From: Octopus bimaculoides
Lineage: Eukaryota
Length of the DNA stretch: 64,000 nucleotides
Direction: 5' to 3'
NCBI RefSeq assembly: GCF_001194135.2
Contig: NC_068984.1
Span: forward strand, 19,265,183-19,329,182
Below the pieces are notes generated by a model. It did not search any database and was not told where the DNA came from. It was given only the letters and a program-made list of their open reading frames with translations. Below are positions 13,030 through 24,760 of this stretch, in pieces. Within the stretch, counting starts at the first letter, position 1. Each line of letters starts with the position of its first letter. Made by a program: the position numbers and the translations under genes.

Positions 13030-14609
13030 CTGCAAACAGAAATTAATAAAACTAGATTAGCTTACAGCTGTTTCAGCTAAGAGTACAAGACAACATTCAG
13101 TAATGAGTGCCACTTTGTATTCTCATACATACCAGTGATTATAAGTAATTTAAGTCTTAATGACAGGGTTAAGAGTAGATTGTTAAAAAGAACCAAAAGT
13201 AAGATAAAAATGCATTATCCTTTAACAAAGAACATTACAATATTTGATTTGATTTTAAAGGCAATATCCAGGACTCTTTACAAGGCCTCTGAGACTAGCA
13301 GGAGGAAGATATCCTCAAAAGACCTGGCCCCAATGATTACATCAGAGCAGATTCCACTAAAGGTGATCAAGGTGCCAAGTGGTGGTCTAAGATTAAATGA
13401 TGGCTTAAATCTTCCAGCCAAGTAGACCATAATGGGAATTGAACTCAGAGTCTATAGAGTCAGAACAGATACCACAGGGCATCATGTCTAACGTTGTGAC
13501 CTTCCAACAGTTCTGCCAATTCACCATCCTTGACTGGCATTTTGCTATCAGCCCTAAAATGATGAAGCAAAGTTGACCTTGGCAGTATTTGAACTCAGAA
13601 TACAGAAAGGCGGGATAAATACTAAAAGGCATTCTATCTGGCACTTTTCATGGTTCTGTCAATTCACTGCCAATACTATATTTCAAGGGTAATTGACATT
13701 TTATTACAATCAATATATTTAGGATGATAGATACAGAGTTGGTAGAGCATCAAAGAAAATGCTTTGTCATATTTAATTATGTCCCTTTATGGTTCCTAGT
13801 TCAAATCTTATCAAGGTTGATTTTTGTTTTTTATCCTTCCAGATTCCATAAGCATCAGTAAAGTACCTAGGTTGATTTAATTGACCAACTCCCTATTCCC
13901 AGCATCTGTGGCCTTGTGCCTAACTTAGAAATCATTACTATTGAACATTATACATTTCAGTTTCCTCCCCCATATAAATTTTATGTTCTGTGGGTAATGT
14001 AAGAATGTTTATTCTTACATGTTATAGAATGGGAACATAAGTATTGATTTCAAATTTTGACACAAGTTCAGCAATTTCAGGAGAGGAGATAAGTCAATCA
14101 AATCAAACCCAGTTTTCAGCTGGTACTAATTTCATCAACCCTGAAAGTACGAAAGGCAAAACTAATCGTGGCAGAATGTCTTGCAAACAGCTCACACATG
14201 CAAGTGCTACCAGTCGAGAACTCCGCATACCGGAAGCCAGCAAGTGTATGGGGTCATCAGGAGAGAATGCATGCCGTTTCAAGGCCTACCTCTCGACGGC
14301 ATCAATGCACACCGGCCCCACTCACTGATATGAGGTCCTGCTTGCTAGATCAACTGGTTATTAAATAAAGCTCAATATTTTTCTAGCCATCGCTCATCGT
14401 CTCCTTTTAACCAAATCCAGTGGCTAGCCTTCTCCACTGTAGTTGGGATATCACTCATGGTGGTATTTACCTTACGATGAGTTAGGCCTAACGATAACAA
14501 CAGTCATCTCATACTGTGTCCAGAAAACAGAGACAGACATAATGCCACTAATGATTTTGCCCAGCGTGTTAACAATTCTGCCAGCTTGCTGCCTTAAATG
14601 GTAGCATAG

Positions 14610-15026
14610 GTATTAATGTAAGAGTTTGTTGTAATGCGCTTGTAAAGACCTGTTGAGGTAAGTAAAGTTGTTGTTGTGGCCGATGACATTACCGTCTGAT
14701 TGGCGTCCGTGCCAGTGGCACGTAAAAAGCACCATTTGAGTGTGGTCGTTGCCACTGCCGCCTTACTGGCCCCTATGCTGGTGGCATGTAAAATGCACCA
14801 TCCAAGTGTGGCTGATGCTAGTACCGCCTAACTGGCCCTCATGCCAGTGGTATGTAAAAAGTACCCACTACACTCTTGGAGCGGTTGGCATTAGGAAGGG
14901 CATCCAGCTGTAGAAACATTGCCAGATTGGATTGGAGCTTGGTGCAGCCAGTCCTCAGTCAAACCGTCCAACTCATGCCAGCATGGAAAGCAGACATTAA
15001 ATGACAATGATAATGATGATGATGAT
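14610..15026 (+). mobile_element. RTE LINE 3' end with three internal ~60-bp repeats and a GAT tail
   Basis: tgccagtggcacgtaaaaagcacc-like unit x3, then ggcattaggaagggcatccagctgtagaaac...gcatggaaagcagacattaaa(tga)n. Confidence 0.7.
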
Positions 15027-15579
15027 CAGTGGGGTTGATGAAATCAACATACCCTACCCCACCACCGAACTTGCTGACATTGTGCCATTATTTGAAAGCA
15101 ATATTTTTTTTGTGTTTTTGAATGGTTATCATGTGTCTTCCACGCTATAATATATATATATTTTTTTAATGTTTGTTTATACACTGGAGATATATAAAGA
15201 ATTGTAATAGAATAAATTTTGGGTTTATAACTGAATTTTCAGAAAGCCATTCAAATATCAGTGAACTGACTATCCAGCTTTCTTCAGGCTTCATATAGAA
15301 TATATAAGCTCGTAAAATATAGTTTAGAATTAATAAAAACACTCTGTAAAGGACATTTGTTATTTTCATGCTGGTAACCGTGGACATTTGCAATAATCAA
15401 AACAGCAAAGAAATCAGTTGGTGTTGAAAATAAGAAAAATATAATATACAATATTAGTTTTACGATAGTGAATATCAAATTATAAATTGTAACAATAATA
15501 TATAAGATATTGATAACTACAACAAACCAAACAAAGAGATAGCAAATATATACAAATATTTATCTTTATTACAACTCAC

Positions 15580-15742
15580 CAATAATTTTTCCATTTTATT
15601 ACGAATAATACTAATATTCTGGCTGTCTTCCTCTGAAAGCTGACCAAGAGTTGCAAGTTTGATCTTAGCTGTGTCTAACCGAGTACACATGATAGAAGCA
15701 CTGGCATTGTACTGCTCTACTTGGGAATATAAATCTTCAAGG
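15580..15742 (-). CDS. SYNE1: Exon 15, LEDLYSQVEQYN...KMEKLL
   Basis: tgtttcAG / GTGAGT, 163 nt, phase 2/0; absent from the ORF track. Confidence 0.87.
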
Positions 15743-17344
15743 CTGAAACATTAAGATATTATTGTCACAAAGAGAGATTTTAGGCAATATAATATTTTCC
15801 TTACTACTTTCTGACTAGAGTAACATTTAAGCTGTTTAAACATCTCTATTTTCTCACAATCAGACTTTTATTGTCAATAATGAAGAGTTTACAATAAACA
15901 CAGCTATAATGATTAATACCTCCATCACTGCCAACAACTTGACTCACTTGAAAAGAACTGTTCAAATAGTTTATTTATATAGGTACAGAGGAATGTAGTA
16001 GTCAGGCCTTTGAGGCCTCAAATTAAAGCATGAAAAATTTTTTGTAACTGCCACACAAACCCTATACGCTATTAGAGATTCTATGTAGAGGTATATTACA
16101 CTATATTACATTAAAAAGACTCTATAATATCTGAAAGCTGTAACACTTGAATATTTTATCTATGTTTATACCATAAAACTGTTGACAATAGCAACACATT
16201 TTAATATTAATCTGTGTTTGTCACAATGATTTGAAATGGTGTGAAAATTTGGTCTTTCAATCATGTTTTCAATTCTTGAACTGTTACTCTTAGATTAGTA
16301 GGAGTACCTTCTGCATGAAAAACATACAGTTAAGTGTTGGTGAGTAAGAGTTTAATATACTTAATGCAATGTGACCATATTTTTTTTTAATAAATTAAAA
16401 TAACAAAAAAAAAAAAAAAATCATATGCTTTATTGATCAATTCTGCTCAAGAAAAGCAAGGGAGACAACTCTGAAAACTAAATTTAAAAAAATTTTCTGT
16501 AGGCATACAGTGAGAAGTGAGTCTGCTATTTGCTAAGTATAGTAGTAACTCTAGACATGTTTCAGCTGTATTAGACTTCTTCAGCAAAGCATACTCAATC
16601 TTACTTAATATAATTATAGACATGAAATGATTAAATGACAGAAACAACAGGATATTAAATGATAACATTCATGAAGAGGAGGCAAGAGAAGCATGCTGAC
16701 AATGCTATTGATGACGATAATGAATTTTATCCCCAGATCAGCTCCAATTAAGTAAACCAATATCAAAAGGCATTCCAATTTCATGATGCTGCACTTTCTG
16801 TATGTCTAAGACTGCATTGTCCAATATGTTCTTCATTTTGAAGATAGTAGGGAGATTTAGCTGCTATTTCTAGCATGTCAGTTAACTGTGTAAAAGTTAT
16901 ATTGTTGCCATGATGAAGATGATGATGATGATGATGATGATAATGATGGTAATAAGGTGGTAACAAGGAAAAAGGTTGAGAAGATGAATTTAGGGAAATA
17001 TCATCAATACTAACCTGAGTTTTAAAATAAAGCTAATAGATATATGGGGTCATTTTAGAATAGATTTGATAGGCTTACAATGACAATAAGTTGAAATATT
17101 TATTAAGCATATTGGAAATTTAAGGGAAAGAGGGCTAGTTGATTAAATCAACCCCATATTTGATACTTTATTGACCTTGAAGAGATAAAAGCAAAGTTGA
17201 CTTTGTCAAGATTTGAACTCATGGCCAGAAAATATACTGAGAGGTGTTTTGTTTGATGTTCTAATGATTCTGCCTATCCACCACAAAAAAAAAGTAAAAC
17301 ATTGTTACATTGTTATTATATTCAACTGATATGCATGAAATTGC

Positions 17345-17548
17345 TCATCAAAACATGCCAACCTCTGCATCCCACTGACATGTTGGAAATCTCTCTGGAT
17401 TTTCTATCACTACAACAGTGGCCTCTGCTTCTCAGATCTGGCTAGTGTTATGCCGACTCACACATTTCTCCACTTATCGTCACCCATTTTGCATTTACCC
17501 TTGGGTCCCTACACTGGCCTTATGTCCAGTCTTTCCTCTCCAGATTAG
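17345..17548 (+). mobile_element. Decayed CR1/Jockey-group LINE ORF2 3' fragment
   Basis: Frameshifted H*HVGNLSGF / FYHYNSGLCFSDLASVMP resembles the HRRxVxxLSLFYRYxxGxCSSELxxxxP motif (recalled). Confidence 0.5.
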
Positions 17549-17888
17549 GAAAACAGCAATTAGAATATGTCCAACTCTAATATTTATTGGAATTTAAATT
17601 GCAAGGGTAAGAGACTGAACACTGATATTCAAGAATTCAATTCAGGGGACAAAAGGGATTAAGAATGAAAGTGTTCCAGATGGGAGGAGGGAGGCTAACG
17701 ATGAATATATAATTAGGAGGATATAATTAAACTTAATCACAAAGGAAAGGAAAGGGAAAATGATGTAGCTAAATGTTTAGTAGTACATCTTGGCCATTTT
17801 CTCTTGTGGCTGTCAACTTGCGGCTATTCTAGAGGAACTTTAGCTGTGATAAATCAATCAGTCTTTGAGGATCTGTGAAGAACATGTG

Positions 17889-18295
17889 CAAGTGTAGAGA
17901 GTACTTAATAAGTAAATGTTGAGGTGCTCCATGTCTAAGTGTAGAGAGTAATGATGTGTAGAGACTACTCAAAGTGTAAATGTAGAGAATACTTGACGTA
18001 GAGAGTACTCGATGAGTAAGTGTGGAGAGTGCTCGATGTATAAATGTAAATCATACTCAATATGTAAGTGTAGAGATTACTCCAAACATGAGTGTTCAAT
18101 GAGTAAGTGTAGAGACTGCTCAATGTATAAGTGTAGAAACTACAAGATGTGTAAGTGTGGACAATACTTAACGTGTAAGTGTAATCCAGACTCAATATGT
18201 AACTATAGACATTACTCAGTATGTGAGAGTACTCAATGATTAAGTGTAGAGGGTGCTCAATGTACGAGAGAACCCAATATTTAAGTGTAGAGTAC
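17889..18295. repeat. Degenerate ~24-bp minisatellite (taagtgtagagagtgctcaatgtg-like)
   Basis: aagtgtaga recurs at roughly 24-nt spacing over ~400 bp. Confidence 0.85.
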
Positions 18296-18429
18296 CAACT
18301 GTTCCATAAAATAATGTTAAATATACAAATAACAATATGCTATTTTACTGAAATAGTAAGAAATAAAATAAAAATGTATTATTAGCATGTGTTTGAGTGT
18401 GTACACAAGTACATCTGTTTGGACAAATG

Positions 18430-18476
<47 letters not shown>

Positions 18477-19009
18477 ATAGCAATATGTTTGTATGTATTT
18501 TTTTCTCCTCTCCCTTACTAGTTAAAATAGATTCAAATGTGTAATTTTATACATTCATTATTCAGTTCCACTTTATTCTGTAATTCAATTTAGTTTCTGC
18601 AAAAAGTCGATTTAGAAAACAGTTATCTAATTTACCGTATAACTAGTTTAATGTAATTTTGGGTTTATCTAATTTATTTAGATAAATATCTGATTTAGCT
18701 TACGATCTATCAAATTTGGTTTGATCATGACTGATTCCAATTCATCATTAATGTTCTCCAATATGTTGTGTTGCTCTAGTCATTTGTTTAAAACTTGTAA
18801 TATCAATAATTCTTTATTTAACCTTTTCTGGCTTTAATTTTTTGGTTACAGTGTTTTTTATCATTATTAGAATATTCTGGAGGAATAATAGAACAGTTAC
18901 TATTCTTTGTCCAGTCTATTAGGTTTATTGTAATATTCTGAAAAATTTCATGGAACAGCTACAACTTTTTCTCTTATCTATATTAACAAAACACACACGG
19001 TATAGAAGC

Positions 19010-19171
19010 TATGGCTGTCTGGTTAAAAAGTTCACTTTCCAACTACGTAGTTCTAGGTTCAATCCCACAATATAGCTACTTGGACAAGTATCTTCTATTA
19101 TCATCTCAAGCTGACCAAAGCACTGTGAGAAAATCTGATAGACAGTAATGCAAAAAAAGCCCCCCACCACC

Positions 19172-19245
<74 letters not shown>

Positions 19246-19432
19246 ATTTGTGTGTCTGTGTTTGTCCTTTGACCATCGCTTGATAACTGATGTTGGTGTG
19301 TTTACATCCTTGTAACTTAGCAGTTCGGCAAAAGAGACAAATAGAATAAGTGCTAGGCTTACAAAGAATAAGTCCTGGGGTCAATTTGTTCGACTAAAAG
19401 CAGTGACTAAAATTACTAAAACAAGTGAAAAA
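19010..19432 (+). mobile_element. SINE family A, older copy
   Basis: Same head, internal microsatellite and 3' half (ggcaaaagagac...aataagtcctggggtc). Confidence 0.7.
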
Positions 19433-20010
19433 AAAAGAATAAAATATACACACAAACACGATAATGATAATGATACAGCACATATTTCCTCCCATATATA
19501 GTTATATATGAAATATAATATCAAATTTTTTTTTTACTAGCAAAAATATCCTCTCTGCCATATAATGTACAGTATTCTACTGAAAGTGAAAGTAAAATGG
19601 TTCCTAATGTTATTCACTCTCTCTCAATTGACAGTTTTCCACTTCAACAACAAACAACATAAGCTAATTATCATTTGTTTGTATATTAGGGAATCACAGA
19701 AGAGCTTGCAATTCTCTGTCCTTTCAATTACGTTTATTATAATATTGTCAGGAAATCAAAGAATGGTCACGTTTCTTGATTTGTACAATTTTTATTAGCT
19801 TACGTACATTAGTGATGTCGAGAGAAGTAAGAGCATAACACAGTCATTTTAAATCTAAGGACAGCACTAATATGAATCGATAAAGTATAAGAACCGACTA
19901 AAAAGTCAATGGTTCAAGTTCTGTAATTGGCACCACATCCTGTCTGTGGTCTCAACATAAGTGTTACTTTATATGAGTAATTCTAAGAAATTGACTATTA
20001 TTTGTTGCAG

Positions 20011-20217
20011 GAAAGAATCACAAGGTGGATTCTTAAAGCTGAGCTAACTGGTAGGAGATCTAGAGGTAGATGAAGAACAACATGTTTAAATGATATTGAA
20101 GGTCTCAGTTGGCCATGTTTGGGAATCCAGCCAAAAAGTGCAATGATGGTTGCTTGTGAAAAAGGCCTTATGGAAGAGGTGCCTGAGGCTTGTACTCTCA
20201 CTCCGCAACCCTCTTAG
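20011..20217 (+). mobile_element. C-terminal fragment of a different RTE-like LINE
   Basis: Plus-strand translation ERITRWILKAELTGRRSRGR*RTTCLNDIEGLSWPCLGIQPK resembles the RTE ORF2 C-terminal RGRPRTRW...LAWxxLGI motif. Confidence 0.6.
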
Positions 20218-20511
20218 AAATTGTGAGTAGAGATGATAGATAGCTATCTGTTTTTGAGTTTGTAGTGTCAGATATGTTAGCCACCCCAAACCCACACTTA
20301 ACTATCTGTAATTCATGAAGAAGGCATGTCTGGGTAACTTTTCCCATGTCATTATTTTAAATTACTTCATCAGTGAATGTTTTTTTTTTATCAAAATCTA
20401 GATTCTCTTAGTCATTTACAATCTGGCAAGTACTGGTCAGACTATAACATGCTGAAGTGATCTAATATGACTAAAACATGTCCAATTCACCAATCACCAT
20501 CTTATACTATC

Positions 20512-20830
20512 ATCATCGTCATCATCATCGTTTAACGTCCGCTTTCCATGCTAGCATGGGTTGGACGATTTGACTAAGGACTGGTGAACCAGATGGCTAC
20601 ACCAGGCTCCAATCTGATTTGGCAGAGTTTCTACAGCTGGATGCCCTTCCTAACACCAACCACTCCGAGAGTGTAGTGGGTGCTTTTATGTGCCGCCGGC
20701 ACAAAAGCCAGTCATGAGGTACTGGCAACGGCCACATTCGAAATGGTGTATTTTACGTGCCACCTGCACACGGGCCAGTCCAGCGGTACTGGCAACAAAC
20801 TCGTTCGAATGTCTTTTCACGTGCCACTAT
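20512..20830 (-). mobile_element. Short GAT-tailed element (RTE 3' end or RTE-dependent SINE), representative copy
   Basis: (catcat)n-gtttaacgtccgctttccatgctagcatgggttgg...gctggatgcccttcctaac. About 20 related copies in both orientations, e.g. near 745, 9620, 12380, 23322, 23880, 25410, 37955, 55420, 55860, 56470, 59530, 61860, 63345. Confidence 0.85.
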
Positions 20831-21031
20831 GTTTAATGTAAATAACAATGCAATTGAAGATTGAAAAATAGGTAATGGGAATATATGCCATATTTCAGGT
20901 GTTCCTACTCCAACATGAGCAACACATTAACCATTCATGAATTCATTGCTTAAATAGCCACTAAATACAGCAGTGTAACATTATTGGATATACCAATTTC
21001 ATGTATTAAACACATTCCTGGCAGCTGGTAT

Positions 21032-21427
21032 TACTCTTTTACTTGTTTCAGTCATTTGACTGTGGCCATGCTGGAGCACCGCCTTTAGTTGAGCAAATCG
21101 ACCCCAGGACTTATTCTTTGTAAGCCTAGTACTTATTCTATCGGTCTCTTTTGCCGAACCACTAAGTGACAGGGACATAAACACACCAGCATCGGTTGTC
21201 AAGCAATGCTAGGGGAACAAACACAGACACACAAACACACACACATATATATACATATATACGACGGGCTTCTTTCAGTTTCCGTCTACCAAATCCACTA
21301 ACAAGGCTTTGGTCGGCCCGAGGCTATAGTAGAAGACACTTGCCCAAGATGCCATGCAGTGGGACTGAACCCGGAACCATGTGGTTGGTAAGCAAGCTAC
21401 TTACCACACAGCCACTCCTGCACCTAT
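21032..21427 (-). mobile_element. SINE family A, full-length
   Basis: Reverse complement of the family A sequence from head to tgactgaaacaagtaaaaga tail. Confidence 0.85.
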
Positions 21428-21576
21428 GTACATAACACTGTGGCAAAAGAGACCAATAGAATAAATACCAAAGTTTAAAAAGAAGAACTGAGAGTGACTT
21501 GTTTGACCAAACCCTTCATGGTTGTAGTCTAATGAGCAAAACAAAAAAAAAAGGAAGAAAGATAATCTGTACCCAC

Positions 21577-22058
21577 CTGTTATTTGAGTCTGTAATTTGT
21601 GCATGAAGGTGTGCCCATGTACTGGCAATAGAAGTCACATTACTTTCAAGAGATGAACTGTTGACCTGCAGCAGTAGCATCTTGCCCTCATCAAGCACTT
21701 GGAACACAAGGGGTTTCACATGAGACATTTCAGTTTGGATTTCCTTGCATTTTTCTTTTCTGTCTTTGATGGTTTGTAAGGAATCACCTCTGCTTGGTTC
21801 ACCTGTCAAAGGTATGCAACTGTTCTCAATGCTTGTAATTTCCTTTTCCAGCTGTCCAAGTCGGACATTGAAAGCAATCCACAGTTTCACTAAACGGTCC
21901 AAGTGCTGTCCATACAGATTTGCTTGATCTTTCACTTCATCGGTAAGGTCACTCAGACGCTGGTGTTCAGTTCTGTGTTGCTCCCGCATACTTTTGTCGC
22001 ACTGCTCAGCCAAAGAATCTAGCAATGCCCGGTGCCCTTCCATATCACTGAAGAAGTC
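21577..22058 (-). CDS. SYNE1: Exon 14, DFFSDMEGHRALL...ITDSNN(S)
   Basis: tcttaaAG / GTGGGT, 482 nt, phase 0/2. Confidence 0.93.
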
Positions 22059-22872
22059 CTTTAAGAGAAAAAATATATATATACAGCTTAAAATATGTAT
22101 TTAGATGAGAACAATAAGGAAAGGAAAAAAAAGAAACAGATAGAGAGAAAGCAAGATTGTAAGAGGAACACTAAAAGATTTTATGCATTTTTCTTTTATA
22201 ACTAGTCTCCTTATATCATGGCTATCGGTTACTAGAACAAATAAAACTAGGCATTTAAATTTTAAAAAAATTTTAATAGCCATCTATCATACTTAGTGCA
22301 AGTATATCAGGAAGATAATTTATGTCTGCTTCTGATGTATGTTGTGTTTTTAAAGACAGCAAATCCAAGAGAGATATCTCAAGAATAAAACCACAGAAAA
22401 TTTGCTTTTGTAGTGTATCTACATTGAATATGATACACAGATGACTATTTAAATGTAATACTGCTTCTGTTGCACATAATAGTTTGTTGTTCTTTGATAT
22501 TTAAAATGATGATTTTCTTTTTCTTTCTCAAACATTTTGTTAGAACTGGCAGAATATATATGCAATAGGTGAGGCCTGTAACTGCTGATGGAGTCATAGA
22601 ATGCTATTGTAACATATGGCACAACTTGGACATTTTAAATCTGGTGAAAAGAGAGTAAGAGAAAGATGAGAAGTAATTGACTGGTACTTTATCTCAGTAA
22701 CCCCAGTACTCGACTGGTATGTTACTTATCAATGCCAAGCAGATGAAATTTAACCTCAGCCAGATTTGAACTCTGACCATAATAAGTGGAAATGAATGCC
22801 ACAAGGTATTATATCCATTGTCCTAATGACTTTGCTAAAATATCACCTTATATAGTATTTTTCATTAATTTA

Positions 22873-23199
22873 GGTGGAGGCGCAATGGACCAGTGGTTAG
22901 GGCAGCGGACTTGCGGTCATAGGATCACGGTTTCGATTCCCAGACCGGGTGTTGTGAGTGTTTATTGAGCGAAAACACCTAAAGTTCCACGAGGCTCTGG
23001 CATGGGATGGTGGCGAACTCTGCTGTACTCTTCCCCCACAACTTTCTCTCACTCTTTCTTCCTGTTTCTGTTGTGCCTGTAATTCAAAGGGTCAGCCATG
23101 TCACACTGTGTCACGCTGAATATCCCCGAGAACTATGTTAAGGGTACACGTGTCTGTGGAGTGCTCAGCCACTTGCACGTTAATTTCACAAGCAGGCTG
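22873..23199 (+). mobile_element. tRNA-derived SINE (family D variant), truncated by a gap
   Basis: A-box TGGACCAGTGG, B-box GGTTTCGATTCC (22929-22940); 3' part aagggtcagcc...aagggtacacgtgtctgtggagtgctcagccactt is shared with 1775-2100. Confidence 0.75.
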
Positions 23200-23321
23200 N
23201 NNNNNNNNNNNNNNNNNNNNNNNNNNNNNNNNNNNNNNNNNNNNNNNNNNNNNNNNNNNNNNNNNNNNNNNNNNNNNNNNNNNNNNNNNNNNNNNNNNNN
23301 NNNNNNNNNNNNNNNNTGTGT

Positions 23322-23655
23322 ATATCATCATCATCGTCGTTTAACGTCCACTTTCCATGTTAGCATGGGTTGGATGATTTGACTGAGGACTGGTGAACCA
23401 GATGGCTACACCAGGCTCCAATCTGATTTGGCAGACTTTCTACAGCTGGATGCCCTTCCTAACACCAACTGAGAGTGTAGTGGGTGCTTTTACGTGCCAC
23501 CGGCACGAAGGCCTGTCAGGTGGTACTGGCAATGGCCACACTCAAAAAGGTGTTTTTTACATGCTACCTGCACAGGAGCCAGTCCAGCGGCACTGGCAAC
23601 GACCTTCCTCGAATGTCTTTCCACGTGCCAGGAAGGTGACGCTGGTAACGATGTA
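23322..23655 (-). mobile_element. GAT-tailed RTE-3'-end element
   Basis: High similarity to 20512-20830. Confidence 0.85.
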
Positions 23656-24170
23656 ATGACAATGCTTGATAACTACTCACTTTTCAGGAAAAACAAGTAT
23701 ATTACTACTACTACTACTGATGATGATGATGATGATGATGAAGATGATGATGATGATTCTATTGTATATGATGTTCAGGTACACAAGTCATCAGGAAAGG
23801 GTAAAAGGTGGGAACAGGAAATAGAAATAAGTAAAGACAGGCAGCAATGACCACCAAAAGTGCATGCAGAGCATATAGAATGAAATTATGCTGGTGCCAT
23901 GAAAGAAAGCATCCAGTAAACTCAGTGAATCGGTTGGTATTGGGAACAGCATCCATCAGTAGAAGCTGTGCCAAAACTGAGATAATAATGTATGGCATGG
24001 TGCCCTAAATTCTTGGATCCTGTCAAACTGTTTAAATTATGCCAGCATGGAAAGCAGATATAAAACGGTGATAATGAAGATAATATCATGGATGTCTGTT
24101 GAATAAATGGATAAATCAATTAAATATGTAAAGAAAACACACATAAAACAATCAATGAAGCAATATTTAC

Positions 24171-24344
24171 TTTGTGCGCCTTCAGTTGTTGTTGAAGATG
24201 GGTAAGATCCCTTGCAGTGGTGGTGGTTGACTTCTTCAGCTTATTTTTAGCAGTTACCAAGAAATCTGCAAAGTCCTCAAGAAGTTTTTCATATTGGATT
24301 TGGATTGAAGAGGACTGGAGTAAAGTCGCCTTTCTGTCCATCAC
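24171..24344 (-). CDS. SYNE1: Exon 13, VMDRKATLLQ...DFADFL...QLKAHK
   Basis: cttattcAG / GTAAAT, 174 nt, phase 0/0, spectrin-repeat pattern. Confidence 0.9.
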
Positions 24345-24544
24345 CTGAATAAGAGAAGAGCAAAAATCATTGCAGTTGAGTGTTAATATGGTGATATGAC
24401 AATAGTCTTCCATAACTAACCAAACAGTCTTGCACACACACACTGGTCATCTCTGATGAATGCAGTTATTAAAAAATCATCTGATTACCTACTGTCCTGT
24501 GCAAAACTGATTGGTAAGATTGGTAATAATGGATGTATAATATT

Positions 24545-24760
24545 CTTTTCTACTCTAAGCACAAGGCCCAAAATTTTTGGGGAGGGGGCCAGTTGATTAG
24601 ATTGACCCCTGTATGCAACTGGTACTAAATTTATTGTCCCCAAAAGGATGAAAGGCAAAGCTGACCTTGGTGGAATTTGAACTCAGAATATAAAGACAGA
24701 CGAAATACTGCTAAGCATTTCACCCAGCACGTTAACATTTCTGCCAGCTTGCTGCCTTAT
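24545..24760 (-). mobile_element. SINE family C
   Basis: ccccaaaaggatgaaaggcaaagctgacc...gaatttgaactcagaa...ctgccagcttgctgcctt. Confidence 0.75.

Noticed and set aside
14205-14262. Minus-strand CUGAUGA followed by a hairpin (third hammerhead?)
   Set aside because: The hairpin is followed by GAGU rather than GAAA, and I found no stem I or III
17889-18295. Regularly spaced repeat as a CRISPR array
   Set aside because: Degenerate head-to-tail units without unique spacers, no cas genes, eukaryotic intron context
18636-18937. Coding-looking minus-strand stretch (LEQHNILENINDELESVMIK) with AG and GT at its ends
   Set aside because: Stops in all three frames, and exons 14 and 15 already join in phase without it; at most a decayed coding remnant
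22873-22945. tRNA genes at tRNA-like heads (also 43468, 57079, 31224)
   Set aside because: A/B boxes are present but I could not fold a cloverleaf, and each continues into a multi-copy SINE body
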